From Roseomonas sp. (lineage in GTDB: Bacteria > Pseudomonadota > Alphaproteobacteria > Acetobacterales > Acetobacteraceae), in the NCBI GenBank assembly GCA_040398485.1, contig JBBAUC010000001.1, forward strand, positions 1 through 58,557: a stretch of 58,557 nucleotides of DNA, given 5' to 3'. The first letter of the stretch is position 1, and every line of letters starts with the position of its first letter. The notes under the pieces are model-generated. The model saw nothing but the letters and a program-made list of their open reading frames with translations, did no database searches and was not told where the DNA came from. Below, piece after piece: positions 29,606-39,496 of the stretch. A program made the position numbers and the translations under genes.

Positions 29606-30726
29606 CGGGCAATGTGCTGCTGACACTCGGGCGTCTGCCCAAAGCGCTGGATGTGGCGCGCGGCTTTGCTGATCTTGGCTGGCGCGTGGTGGTGGCGGAA
29701 CCCTTCAAGCGCCATCTGGCGGGCGCGTCCCGCGCGGTGGCGCGTAGCCATCGCGTGACGGCGCCGGCGGAAGACAAGCAGGCCTATCTGGCCGACCTCA
29801 GGCGTATCATCGCGGATGAGAAGATTGATCTTGTCGTGCCGGTTTCGGAAGAAACCATGCATGTCGCCTTTCTGCGCGATGGTCTGCCTGCCACCACGGG
29901 GCTTTTCACCATGCCGCCCGAGAATTTGCTCCGCCTACACAACAAGCATGGCTTTGCGCAGCAGGCATTAGCTTGGGGCCTTGCCGTGCCGGAGACCCAT
30001 GCGCTCGGCGATCCAGCGGCCGAGGCTTTGGTGCAATCCGGCCCAGTGGTGGTCAAGCCGGTGCATTCCTGTTCCGGTCGCGGTGTGCGGCTTTTGCCCG
30101 GCGGCAGCGCCTTGCCCGCGCCTGATCCCGCGATTCCCACAATTGTGCAGCGCTGTGTGATGGGCGCGGAATATAGTTCGTGCTCCATCGCGCATGATGG
30201 CCGCGTTGCCTCCACCGTTATCTATCGTGCGGCGCAGAAATCAGGTTCGGTCGCGGTGGCCTTTGAACGGGTGGAACATCCTGCGATTGCCGATTGGATC
30301 ACGCGTTTCATCGCCGCCGCGCAATGGACTGGCTTCGTCGCCTTCGACATTATGGTGGATGAGGCGGGTCAGCCTTGGGGGATTGAATGCAATCCGCGCA
30401 CGACAAGTGGCCTGCATTTCTGGCAGCGCGAAGATATCGCGCGCGCCATTGTGGAACCGGGCTTCATCCCGCGCTATCGACCTGAAACACGCTTGCAGCA
30501 ATTCTATTCGGCGTTGACGGAAACGCAGATGTCGTTGTTCCGGCGCGGCCCGTTTCGCGAAAATCTGCGCCAATTGTTTTCTACGCGCGACGTCACTTGG
30601 GACCGGCGGGACCCCATGCCCTTCCTGACCATGACAGCAACGTCATGGCCCATCATCCGCATGGCCATGGCGCGCGGTGTACCCTTCGGGGAAGTCGCGA
30701 CACTTGATGTCGGCTGGTATGATTAG
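29602..30726 (+). CDS. ATP-grasp domain protein
   Basis: LHNK, VVVKPVHSCSGRGV, IVQRCVMGAEYS and AFDIMVD....WGIECNPRTTSG motifs; ATGA overlap with the P450 stop. Confidence 0.85.
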   Translation: MTGNVLLTLGRLPKALDVARGFADLGWRVVVAEPFKRHLAGASRAVARSHRVTAPAEDKQAYLADLRRIIADEKIDLVVPVSEETMHVAFLRDGLPATTGLFTMPPENLLRLHNKHGFAQQALAWGLAVPETHALGDPAAEALVQSGPVVVKPVHSCSGRGVRLLPGGSALPAPDPAIPTIVQRCVMGAEYSSCSIAHDGRVASTVIYRAAQKSGSVAVAFERVEHPAIADWITRFIAAAQWTGFVAFDIMVDEAGQPWGIECNPRTTSGLHFWQREDIARAIVEPGFIPRYRPETRLQQFYSALTETQMSLFRRGPFRENLRQLFSTRDVTWDRRDPMPFLTMTATSWPIIRMAMARGVPFGEVATLDVGWYD

Positions 30727-31673
30727 CCTCGCGCCCGCGGCACCTTGAAGGGCAGCATCAGCGCTTGCACCGCCAGATTGTCAAAGCGGTTCAGCGCCAG
30801 GCTTTCATGTACGGCAACAGCGTTCTGCCCCAGAAGCCGCGTGCGGATTTCGGATCGCGTATAAAAGGGCGCATCCACCAAAGCGCGCACCAGCTCTGCC
30901 TTGCCATCCTCGGACCGTGTCGGGCGCGGCACGCGCCAAAACCCAGGCGGAATGGTGGCGGGCGCGGGAATTGGCATATCCGCGACTTCTCCGGCGCGGT
31001 TCACTTGAAGCGCCAGGGATTGCGCTGATCCATCGCGCCGCGATGCATTGTATAAAATCGCGGTCGCTTCCGGCATGGGCGCGCGGCACCAATCCCAGAA
31101 AAGGAAATCCTCTTCCAGCGGCGCAGTGCCGGTATTGGTGTCAAAATATGAAAAGCCGGACCAACGCAATGAAGGATTGTCAAACGCCACTTCCACGCGG
31201 GAACGAGGCGCAATCGGCTGCCAATGATGCCGCCCCGCGCCATCCAACTGAAAGTGGCGATGCGATAACGCTTCGGGGTAAAGCGTCACGCGCCCGCGCA
31301 GGCGGCCAGGGATAGGTGCGGTGATCTCCGCCAATTCCACTGTAAGTTTGCTGCCATCCCATCGCATGGCACTCGGCCCGATCTGCAGAAAATCCGCGCC
31401 ACGCCGCAAAGCACCCCGCGGGCGATCCGTCATCGCCCAGCGTGCGGGCTTGCCGTAAAGCGCCACATGCATGCAGCAATGGTTCAGCGGATCACCGCCA
31501 CCACCGCGCCGCGCAAAGGCGTACCAGGGGGAAAACACCGTGCCCAGAAAGGCAATGATGGTGATCCCATGCGCGCCATCATCGGATAGCGCATCCAAAT
31601 ACCACCAGCGATAACCGCGCTCAGCCACGGGCAGGGTGAAATCCAAGCCCGTCGCGCTTAAACCTTCATTCAT
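30723..31673 (-). CDS. crtC: Carotenoid 1,2-hydratase (hydroxyneurosporene synthase)
   Basis: GYRWWYLDALSDDG, IAFLGTVFSPWY, HHWQPIAP, YFDTNTG..PLE, DAPFYTRS, VHESL. Confidence 0.93.
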   Translation of the reverse strand: MNEGLSATGLDFTLPVAERGYRWWYLDALSDDGAHGITIIAFLGTVFSPWYAFARRGGGGDPLNHCCMHVALYGKPARWAMTDRPRGALRRGADFLQIGPSAMRWDGSKLTVELAEITAPIPGRLRGRVTLYPEALSHRHFQLDGAGRHHWQPIAPRSRVEVAFDNPSLRWSGFSYFDTNTGTAPLEEDFLFWDWCRAPMPEATAILYNASRRDGSAQSLALQVNRAGEVADMPIPAPATIPPGFWRVPRPTRSEDGKAELVRALVDAPFYTRSEIRTRLLGQNAVAVHESLALNRFDNLAVQALMLPFKVPRARG

Positions 31674-31728
31674 TGCAAAAGCCGCCTTATCACGCGGCCA
31701 TTTCCGTCCGCATCGCGCTCTGGGTCAA

Positions 31729-31752
31729 GCCGGGCGGCACGCACCGCCCGGC
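31729..31752 (-). terminator. GC-rich hairpin after fbaB
   Basis: GCCGGGCGG-cacgca-CCGCCCGGC just downstream of the aldolase stop; weak U-tract. Confidence 0.45.
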
Positions 31753-31760
31753 GCCGGCCC

Positions 31761-32681
31761 TCAGGCCTTGCCCTTATAAACCTCAATCATCTGGCCCAGC
31801 AGCTTCAGCGCCTCATCCTTTGGGCGCTGGAAGGCATTGCGCCCAACGATGGACCCATTGCCGCCACCCGCATGAATGGCGCGCGCTTCAGCCAGCAGCG
31901 CATCCGTGCCCTTCGCCTCACCGCCCGAGAACACCACCAGGCGACGGCCATTGAAGCAGGCCTGCACCACATGGCTGATGCGCTTAGCCAGATCGCTGCC
32001 GTCAATCTTGCGATCAATATAAACCTTCTTCGCGGCATCCAGGCTCAGCACATCGGTGGGCGGCTTCACCTTGATGATATGGGCACCCATCAGCGCGGCC
32101 ATGTGTGCGGCATAGGCGCAAATGTCGAAGGCGGTTTCGCCATTCTTGTCGAGCATCGGCCCGCGCGGATAGGACCAAACCACCACGGCAAGCCCCGCCG
32201 CCTTGGCTTCTTCCGCCAATTCGCGGAGTTCTTCCATCATCTCAAACTGATATTCGGATGAAGGATAGATGGTGAAGCCAATGGCGGAACAGCCAAGGCG
32301 GAGCGCATCGGCAACGCTGCCGGTCACTGCCTGATCCTTGGTGGTGGAAAGGCTGTTGGATGAATTGACCTTCAGGATGGTCGGGATGGCACCCGCGAAA
32401 GTGGCGGCGCCGGCTTCAATCATGCCAAGCGGCGCGGCATAGGCATTCAGCCCCGCTTCAATCGCCAATTCGAAATGATAATGCGGATCGTAAGCCGCCG
32501 GATTGGGTGCGAAGGACCGCGCCGGGCCGTGTTCAAAGCCCTGATCCACCGGCAGAATCACCATGCGCCCCGTGCCACCAAGCTTCCCTTCCATCAGGAT
32601 GCGGGCGAGATTCGCCTTGGTGCCTGGTGTATCGCTTTCATACCAGGAGAGGATTTCCTTCACGCGGCGCGTCAGCTTCAT
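31761..32681 (-). CDS. fbaB: Class I fructose-bisphosphate aldolase (DhnA/FbaB)
   Basis: ILPVDQGFEHGP, VVWSYPRG, Schiff-base AHIIKVK, VVFSGG, GSIVGRNAFQRP. Confidence 0.93.
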   Translation of the reverse strand: MKLTRRVKEILSWYESDTPGTKANLARILMEGKLGGTGRMVILPVDQGFEHGPARSFAPNPAAYDPHYHFELAIEAGLNAYAAPLGMIEAGAATFAGAIPTILKVNSSNSLSTTKDQAVTGSVADALRLGCSAIGFTIYPSSEYQFEMMEELRELAEEAKAAGLAVVVWSYPRGPMLDKNGETAFDICAYAAHMAALMGAHIIKVKPPTDVLSLDAAKKVYIDRKIDGSDLAKRISHVVQACFNGRRLVVFSGGEAKGTDALLAEARAIHAGGGNGSIVGRNAFQRPKDEALKLLGQMIEVYKGKA

Positions 32682-32753
32682 CTTGGGTTCCTTTTCTTTG
32701 CTCAAAGGGCGAATGCGCCGATAGCGCAGCCGGCATTTCCTGTCACGGGTGCG

Positions 32754-33203
32754 CTATGTCGGCTGATCCTGTGGCGGCACTGTGGCGAAAAGCGCGGAAA
32801 TGCGCCTCTCATCATCCCGCCGGCGCGGATCAAGCGTGCCCAGGTCCAGCGCTGCCGGCCTTATGCCCAAAACCTCGGCCCCCACTTCCTTGGCGGCGCC
32901 CAGTACGCTTACCGCTGAAGGGTGCCCCAGATCGAAAATGATCAGCTTGAAGCCAGCGCGCAAAGCCGCCAGCGCGGCCCCAGGGGCGGCGGCGCAATCC
33001 AGCGCGGCGCTGAAGGGCGCGCCGGGATGGGCGGCGGCGGCCTGTTCCAAAATGCCCCTGAACCAGCCCGGCCCCGCATTCAGCGCCGCCCCGGGGGCAG
33101 ACAGCAGCAGCAAGGGACGCCCGGCCGCGACCCGCAGCGCCCATTCGGCCTGCGCGCGCCCATGCACCACCACGGCGGGAAGCTTAAGAAACGCCTTTAC
33201 CAT
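32754..33203 (-). CDS. Conserved hypothetical protein
   Basis: PAVVVHG, LLSAPGAALNAGPGWF and LDCAAAPGAALAALRAG pattern; upstream of fbaB; start uncertain. Confidence 0.6.
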   Translation of the reverse strand: MVKAFLKLPAVVVHGRAQAEWALRVAAGRPLLLLSAPGAALNAGPGWFRGILEQAAAAHPGAPFSAALDCAAAPGAALAALRAGFKLIIFDLGHPSAVSVLGAAKEVGAEVLGIRPAALDLGTLDPRRRDDERRISALFATVPPQDQPT

Positions 33204-33284
33204 TGACCCAAAGGCCCTTGCATGCCAAGCATTTCGTAAGCGCATAGCCCTTAGGTCCTGTGGCGCCAAGGCGTCTGGAGAAGC

Positions 33285-33491
33285 ATGAGCGAAGGTCAAC
33301 CCGAAACGATTGGGTCAGCGATGATCCGGCTGGAAGCAGCCCTGGATCGTCTCGGCCGTGCTGTGGAAGCCCGCCGCGCCGCCGCCCCGCCGATTGAAGG
33401 CGATATGGTGCCCAAAGCCGCCGTGGCCGCGCTGGCAAACCGCCTGGATGTCACTATCGCGCGGCTGCGCAGTCTTGAGGATCAGGGCTGA
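33285..33491 (+). CDS. Small coiled-coil protein (DUF4164-like) upstream of zapA
   Basis: RLEAALDRL and RLDVTIARLR heptads; GGAG RBS; TGATG coupling to zapA. Confidence 0.7.
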   Translation: MSEGQPETIGSAMIRLEAALDRLGRAVEARRAAAPPIEGDMVPKAAVAALANRLDVTIARLRSLEDQG

Positions 33492-33826
33492 TGGCGCAGG
33501 TCACGGTTCGCATTGGCGGCTATGCCCATCCGGTGGCCTGCCAGGATGGTCAGGAAAAGCACCTGACCAATATGGCGGCCGAGGTGGATAAGCGCATTTC
33601 CGCGCTCAAGGGGATGGGTATCCAGTTTGGTGAGACGCGGATGTTGCTGCTTGCTGCTTTGCAATTGGCCGATGAAGCGGTGGATCTGAAGGCCGAGAAT
33701 GACGCGCTGAAGGCCGGCGGTGCCGTTGCCGCCGAAGCCCCCGCGCCCGACCCGGCGCTGGCTGATGGCCTGGTGCGGCTTGCTGAAAAGCTTGAGGCCA
33801 TTGCCGCGCGGCTTGAGGAAGCCTAA
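33491..33826 (+). CDS. zapA: Cell division protein ZapA
   Basis: MAQVTVRIGG...VACQDGQEKHL and RMLLLAALQLADE; precedes 6S RNA. Confidence 0.9.
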   Translation: MAQVTVRIGGYAHPVACQDGQEKHLTNMAAEVDKRISALKGMGIQFGETRMLLLAALQLADEAVDLKAENDALKAGGAVAAEAPAPDPALADGLVRLAEKLEAIAARLEEA

Positions 33827-33834
33827 CTAGAAGC

Positions 33835-33990
33835 TGCGGGGCTGCCAGGTGCGCCAGGCAATTCATCCCCGGGGCCAATGCACATCCTCCGGGAACTGGC
33901 TCTGTCCGGACCGTGGTTCGGGTATCTGGTGCCCACCTGCCAACGCAGGCCTTGGGAGGATGATAGGCCAGCGGCCATGGTGGCTCCGCA
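33835..33990 (+). ncRNA. ssrS: 6S RNA
   Basis: Conserved zapA-ssrS-ygfA synteny; ends pair (TGCGGGGCTGCCA with TGGTGGCTCCGCA); alphaproteobacterial-type CCCCGGGGCC and GGTGCCCACCT segments. Confidence 0.85.
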
Positions 33991-34015
33991 CTCTTTTTGC
34001 CAGCAGGAACCCTGC

Positions 34016-34609
34016 GTGACCGAGGCCCAAGCCGCCGCATCGGATGTTGTTTTGCAGGCAGCGAAGGCGGCGGCACGCAAGCTGGCGCGGGCAAAGCGCG
34101 CGACACTCGCAAATGTCGAAGCGCCGGAGCGTTTGGCGGAAGCCATGCTGGCGCAGCACGCGCCGCCCAAGGGCGCCATCATAGCGGGCTATTGGCCAAT
34201 GGGGGATGAGATGGACCCGCGCCCCTTAATGCTGGCCTTGGCCGCACGCGGTCATGCCTTGGCCTTGCCAATAACCCCGCCGCGCGGTCAGCCGCTTGCC
34301 TTTCACGCCTGGGCGCCAGGCGCGGCGCTCAGCCCCGGCCCCATGGGTACCTCGGAACCGGTTGCTGGCGAGGCACTCCGCCCTGATGTGGTGCTCGTGC
34401 CGCTTTTGGCCTTTGACCGCGCGGGGCGGCGGCTTGGCTATGGCGGGGGCTATTATGATCGCACGCTGGCGGCGCTGCCGGCTGCAAAAGCCATCGGCAT
34501 CGGCTATGCCGGTCAGGAAATGGCCGAAGTGCCGGCGGGACCGCAGGATATGCGCCTGCCCCTGATCGCCACCGAAGACAGCGTCATTGTTTGTGGAGAC
34601 CCTGCGTGA
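34016..34609 (+). CDS. ygfA: 5-formyltetrahydrofolate cyclo-ligase
   Basis: AGYWPMGDEMD and PDVVLVPLLAFDRAGRRLGYGGGYYDRTL; GTG start after AGGA. Confidence 0.93.
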   Translation: MTEAQAAASDVVLQAAKAAARKLARAKRATLANVEAPERLAEAMLAQHAPPKGAIIAGYWPMGDEMDPRPLMLALAARGHALALPITPPRGQPLAFHAWAPGAALSPGPMGTSEPVAGEALRPDVVLVPLLAFDRAGRRLGYGGGYYDRTLAALPAAKAIGIGYAGQEMAEVPAGPQDMRLPLIATEDSVIVCGDPA

Positions 34610-35427
34610 GGCTGCTTTTCCTTGGCGATATTGTTGGCCGCGCCGGGCGTGACGCGGTGATTGCCGCGCTGCCTGGGCTGCGCGAAAAGCTCAGGCTCGA
34701 TCTTGTGGTGGTGAATGCTGAAAACGCCTCCCACGGGTTCGGCCTGGCGCCGGAGATGGCGCGCGCCCTTTTCATCGCGGGCGTAGATGTGCTGACGCTT
34801 GGCAACCACGCCTGGGACCGCAAGGAAATCATCCCCTATATTGAGGGCGAATCGCGGCTGATCCGCCCGTTGAATTACCCACCCGGCACGCCGGGCAAGG
34901 GCGCGGTGGTGGCGGTGCTGGCCGATGGCAGGCGCGCCTTGGTGCTGCAGGCCATGGGGCGGTTGTTCATGGAACCGCTCGATGATCCCTTCCGCGCCAT
35001 TCAGGCGGAATTGGCGCAGCATAGGCTGGGACTGCAGGGCACGGTGCAGGCCATCATCATTGATTTCCATGCCGAGGCTTCATCGGAAAAACAGGCCATG
35101 GGCCATAGTTTCGATGGCCGCGTGAGCCTTGTGATCGGCACCCATACCCATGTGCCAACCGCCGATCATCGCATCCTGCCCGGCGGCACGGCGTTTCAGA
35201 CCGATGCCGGCATGTGCGGCGATTATGATAGCGTGATCGGCATGCAAAAGGCCGGCGCTTCCATTCGCTTCTGGCGCAAGGTGCCTGCGGAACGGCTTGC
35301 ACCGGCTGAAGACGAGGCGACGATGTGCGGGCTTTTTGTTGAAACCGATGACGCAACGGGGCTTGCGCGCCGTGTCGCACCTTTGCGCATCGGGGGTGGG
35401 TTGGATGCGGTCATGCCGCCAGTCTGA
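34606..35427 (+). CDS. YmdB/TIGR00282 family metallophosphoesterase
   Basis: FLGDIVG, NAENA, TLGNHAWD, DFHAEASSEK, GTHTHV, DAGMCG. Confidence 0.92.
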   Translation: MRLLFLGDIVGRAGRDAVIAALPGLREKLRLDLVVVNAENASHGFGLAPEMARALFIAGVDVLTLGNHAWDRKEIIPYIEGESRLIRPLNYPPGTPGKGAVVAVLADGRRALVLQAMGRLFMEPLDDPFRAIQAELAQHRLGLQGTVQAIIIDFHAEASSEKQAMGHSFDGRVSLVIGTHTHVPTADHRILPGGTAFQTDAGMCGDYDSVIGMQKAGASIRFWRKVPAERLAPAEDEATMCGLFVETDDATGLARRVAPLRIGGGLDAVMPPV

Positions 35428-35519
35428 ACAGCTTAGCGGCGGGCGCGCTTGGCGCCCTTCCGATGGCCGGATATAAGCGGCTCCGATTCCTCCCCCTTAC
35501 ATGAACGAGAGTCACGGCA

Positions 35520-36242
35520 ATGGCCGGCCATTCCCACGCGAAAAACGTCATGCACCGCAAGGCTACCCAGGGTGCGAAAAAGGCGCAGGCCTTTGGCAAG
35601 CTTATTCGTGAAATCACCGTCTCCGCCAAAATCGGCATGCCTGATCCTGCTGCCAATCCGCGGCTGCGTGCTGCCGTCAAGGCCGCGCTGACCGCGAATA
35701 TGACGCGCGATACGATTGATCGCGCCATCAAGCGCGCGGTGACCGCCGGCCAAGGCGAGGATTACGAAGAAGTCCGCTATGAAGGCTATGGCGCGCATGG
35801 CATCGCCATCATCGCCGAAGCGCTGACCGATAATCGCAACCGCACCGGTGGTGATTTGCGTTCCATGTTCGCCAAGAATGGCGGCGCGCTTGGGGAGACG
35901 AATTCGGTCGCCTTCCAATTCGAACGCAAGGGCGTGCTGCGCTACAAGCCCGATGTCGCCTCGGCCGATGCCATGCTTGAAGCCGCGATTGAAGCGGGGG
36001 CCGAGGATGTGGAAAGCACCGAAGACGGCCATGAAATCTCCACCAGTGTGGAGGATTTCGCCACGGTGCGCGATGCTTTGGAAGCGCGCTTTGGTACGGC
36101 GGAAGCGGCCAAGCTTGAATGGTGGTCCACCAATGACATCAAGCTTGACGAAGAACGCGCCAAGGATGTGGTGAAGCTGCTCGATCTTCTGGATGATCAC
36201 GATGACATCCAAAACATCTACGCGAATCTTGAGGTGGAATAG
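35520..36242 (+). CDS. yebC: YebC/PmpR family protein
   Basis: [31 protein letters not shown]. Confidence 0.94.
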   Translation: MAGHSHAKNVMHRKATQGAKKAQAFGKLIREITVSAKIGMPDPAANPRLRAAVKAALTANMTRDTIDRAIKRAVTAGQGEDYEEVRYEGYGAHGIAIIAEALTDNRNRTGGDLRSMFAKNGGALGETNSVAFQFERKGVLRYKPDVASADAMLEAAIEAGAEDVESTEDGHEISTSVEDFATVRDALEARFGTAEAAKLEWWSTNDIKLDEERAKDVVKLLDLLDDHDDIQNIYANLEVE

Positions 36243-36251
36243 GGCTGGCAC

Positions 36252-36695
36252 GTGACTGACGCCGCCGCAATGGAAGCGCGCCTGCGCGGGAGTTTCGCGA
36301 AGCAAGGACTGATGCAGCTTTTTGGCGCCAGCATCACGCGCATCGCACCGGGGCAGGTAGAGATCAGCCTTGCGCCGAAGCCCGAGCTTTCGCAGCAGCA
36401 TGGCTTTGTGCATGGCGGCGCACTGACTGCCATTGCCGATAGTGCCGCGGGCTATGCCGCGCTCAGCCTGATGCCGGCCAATCGCGGCGTGCTGACGACC
36501 GAGATGAAAATCAATTTCCTGGCGCCGGCTGCGGGCGACCACATCATGGCGCGCGGCAAGGTGCTGAAAGCCGGGCGCACGCTCAGCCTGGTGCAGACGG
36601 AAATCTTCGCCGTCACCGCCGATCAGGAAAGGTTGATTGCCTTCCTGACCGCCACCTTCATGACCATCGAAAACCGCGATGGGATTGAGGATTAA
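36252..36695 (+). CDS. PaaI family thioesterase
   Basis: QQHGFVHGG...ADSAAGYA and TTEMKINFLAPA hotdog-fold motifs. Confidence 0.9.
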   Translation: MTDAAAMEARLRGSFAKQGLMQLFGASITRIAPGQVEISLAPKPELSQQHGFVHGGALTAIADSAAGYAALSLMPANRGVLTTEMKINFLAPAAGDHIMARGKVLKAGRTLSLVQTEIFAVTADQERLIAFLTATFMTIENRDGIED

Positions 36696-36701
36696 TTCGG
36701 A

Positions 36702-38597
36702 TTACCGCATCGCACCCTTCAGTACGATAGCGATCTCATCCAAGATCGCCGGATCATCAATGGTGGGTGGTACGGTATAGGGCTCGGCATCCGCGATTTT
36801 GCGCATGGTGGCGCGCAGGATTTTGCCGCTGCGTGTTTTGGGCAGGCGCGCCACTACCTTCGCATCCTTGAAGGCGGCAACAGGCCCGATCTTCTCCCGC
36901 ACCAGGCCGATCAATTCCCGCGCCAGTGTATCTTCGGGCTTGTTCACGCCGGATTTCACCACAACCAAACCCAGCGGTATCTGCCCCTTCAGCGTATCAC
37001 GCACGCCAACCACGGCGCATTCCGCGACATCCGGATGCGCGGCCAGGACTTCCTCCATCGCCCCCGTCGAAAGCCTATGCCCGGCGACATTGATGATGTC
37101 ATCCGTCCGGCTCATCACCGAAACATAGCCTTCCGCATCAATCATCCCGGCATCAGCGGTGCTGTAATGGCCAGCGAAATGCGAAAGATAGGCCTCCTTG
37201 AAACGCTCATCAGCATTGTAGAGTGTGGGCAGCGCGGATGGCGGCAAAGGCAGCTTCACCGCCAGGCTGCCAATCTGCCCGCGCGGCACGGGTTGCCCGG
37301 CCTCATCCAACACCACCACATCATAGCCAGGTGCGGGCTTACCGCCGGAACCGGCGCGTGTCGGGAACAGCCCCACACCGCGGAAATTGCCGGTGATGGT
37401 CCAGCCGGTTTCTGTCTGCCACCAATGATCCACCACCGGCTTTCGCAGCAGGCGTTCAGACCAGGTGATGGTATCGGGATCACAACGCTCACCGGCCAGA
37501 TAAAGCGCTTCCAGCTTGGACAAATCGTATTTCTTCAGGAACACGCCTTCAGGGTCTTCCTTCTTGATGGCGCGAATGGCGGTGGGTGCGGTGAACAAAA
37601 GCTTCACGCCATGATCCGCGCAAACGCGCCAGAAAGTGCCTGGATCAGGCGTGCCGACAGGTTTGCCTTCAAACAATACCGTGGTGCAGCCAGCGAGCAG
37701 CGGCGCATAGACAATATAGGAATGCCCCACCACCCAGCCAACATCGGAAGCCGCCCAATACACATCGCCGGGCTTCATGCCATAGACCAGTTCCATGGAA
37801 TGATGCAGCGCCACAGCATGCCCGCCATTGTCGCGCAAAATTCCCTTGGGCTGGCCCGTGGTGCCTGAGGTATACAGAATATAAAGCGGATCAGTGGCGG
37901 CGACGGATACGCAAGCATGCGGCGCGGCGGCTGCCTCGGCCACCAGCAAATCCTCATCTCGGCCCGCTATCATTTCGCACGGCGCTTCTGGCCTTTGCAG
38001 GATCAACACGGATGATGGCTTATGCGGCGAAAGCGCAATCGCTTCATCGATCAGCGGTTTGTATTTCACGACGCGCCCGGGCTCCAACCCGCAAGACGCG
38101 CTGATGATGGCCTTCGGCTTGGCATCGGCAATGCGGCTCGCAAGCTCCGCCGCCGCGAAGCCGCCAAACACCACGGAATGCACAGCGCCAAGCCGCGCAG
38201 ACGCCAGCATGGCAATCGCCGCTTCCGGCACCATGGGCATATAGATCACCACCCGGTCGCCCTTGCCGACACCGCGCGCGGCCAAGGCGCCGGCCAGCTT
38301 CGCCACACGGTTTTGCAATTCGGCATAGGTGATGCGCTGCACCCGTCCGGTCATGGGGCTGTCATAGATGATCGCTATCTGCTGCCCGCGCCCGGCGGCA
38401 ACATGGCGGTCCACGGCATTGTGGCAGGTATTCAAAGCCGCATCGGGAAACCAGCGGCCATAAACACCCATCGAGGCATCAAAAATACGCTTGGGCGCGC
38501 TGTCCCAATCAATGCCCCGCGCGGCTTCCGCCCAATAGGCTTCCGGGTCGCGCCGCCAGCGCGCATGGGTCGCGTCATATTGCGAAGCCTCGGACAT
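36702..38597 (-). CDS. prpE: Propionyl-CoA synthetase (acyl-CoA synthetase)
   Basis: YILYTSGTTGQPKG, SDVGWVVGHSY, DHWWQTETGW, NVAGHRLS, LPKTRSGKILR. Confidence 0.88.
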   Translation of the reverse strand: MSEASQYDATHARWRRDPEAYWAEAARGIDWDSAPKRIFDASMGVYGRWFPDAALNTCHNAVDRHVAAGRGQQIAIIYDSPMTGRVQRITYAELQNRVAKLAGALAARGVGKGDRVVIYMPMVPEAAIAMLASARLGAVHSVVFGGFAAAELASRIADAKPKAIISASCGLEPGRVVKYKPLIDEAIALSPHKPSSVLILQRPEAPCEMIAGRDEDLLVAEAAAAPHACVSVAATDPLYILYTSGTTGQPKGILRDNGGHAVALHHSMELVYGMKPGDVYWAASDVGWVVGHSYIVYAPLLAGCTTVLFEGKPVGTPDPGTFWRVCADHGVKLLFTAPTAIRAIKKEDPEGVFLKKYDLSKLEALYLAGERCDPDTITWSERLLRKPVVDHWWQTETGWTITGNFRGVGLFPTRAGSGGKPAPGYDVVVLDEAGQPVPRGQIGSLAVKLPLPPSALPTLYNADERFKEAYLSHFAGHYSTADAGMIDAEGYVSVMSRTDDIINVAGHRLSTGAMEEVLAAHPDVAECAVVGVRDTLKGQIPLGLVVVKSGVNKPEDTLARELIGLVREKIGPVAAFKDAKVVARLPKTRSGKILRATMRKIADAEPYTVPPTIDDPAILDEIAIVLKGAMR

Positions 38598-38779
38598 GGT
38601 TTCCCCCTATTTCAGCAACGTCGTAGCTTGAGCCTTACGGCGAGGGTGCCGCCTTGGCAGGGCGCAGCGCAAGCCCTGACGCAAGCTACCCGCCGCAATA
38701 TGTGGAAAGTAGCCGTCAAACCATGCGAGACTGTCGCCATGGCCCTGCCTCACCCAACCCTTAGCCGAAACGCCCGCAC

Positions 38780-39487
38780 ATGAGCGGCTTTCTCCGCCGC
38801 GCCTTGGGCGCACTCGGCAATGGGCTGAAACCATCCTTGCGCGACTTCCTCCGTGCCCGGGCGCATTTCCACGCCGCACTCCCCGCCGGCCCGCTGATCG
38901 CGCAAAACTATGTGGTGTTTGACCTGGAATCGACCGGGCTTGATGTCAGCGGCGGCGATCAATTGCTCTCCATCGGCGCCGTGCGGCTGCGCAATGGCGA
39001 ATCGCGCGAGCGTTTCACCACCCTGGTCAATCCTGGCCGTGCCATCCCGCCCGCTTCCATCCGCTATCACGGCATTACCGATGCCATGGTGGCCGATGCG
39101 CCGCCGGCTGCCGAAGCGCTGGCTCGCTTTCAGGATTTCATCGCCGATGATGTGCTTGTTGCACATAACGCTGCCTTCGACCGCGCTCTGATTTTTGCTG
39201 AGGAATTTCGCGGCGCGCCTGCCATCGGCAATCCATTCTTGTGCAGTGTCGCGACCTCGCGCTGGCTGGATCCTGATGAAGCGGATCATTCGCTCGATGG
39301 CCTTTGTGGCCGCGCAGGCATTGTGATTGCCGGCCGGCATCAGGCGCTTGGCGATGCGGAAGCCACCGCAGCCCTATGGGTCAGCCTAATGGCGCGTGCC
39401 GCGGCGCGCGGCGTGGATGATCTGGCGGAATTGGCGCGGCGCAGCCGCATGACCGCCGCCATGGCCGCGTCGGCAGAACATTTCTGA
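38780..39487 (+). CDS. DEDDh 3'-5' exonuclease (DnaQ-like), stand-alone
   Basis: ExoI VFDLESTG, ExoII VAHNAAFD, ExoIII HQALGDA. Confidence 0.9.
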   Translation: MSGFLRRALGALGNGLKPSLRDFLRARAHFHAALPAGPLIAQNYVVFDLESTGLDVSGGDQLLSIGAVRLRNGESRERFTTLVNPGRAIPPASIRYHGITDAMVADAPPAAEALARFQDFIADDVLVAHNAAFDRALIFAEEFRGAPAIGNPFLCSVATSRWLDPDEADHSLDGLCGRAGIVIAGRHQALGDAEATAALWVSLMARAAARGVDDLAELARRSRMTAAMAASAEHF

Positions 39488-39496
39488 GCGCGCTTA

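Noticed and set aside
33878-34015. N-terminal extension of the 5-formyl-THF cyclo-ligase ORF
   Set aside because: It runs through the 6S RNA; the GTG at 34016 with an RBS is the more plausible start.
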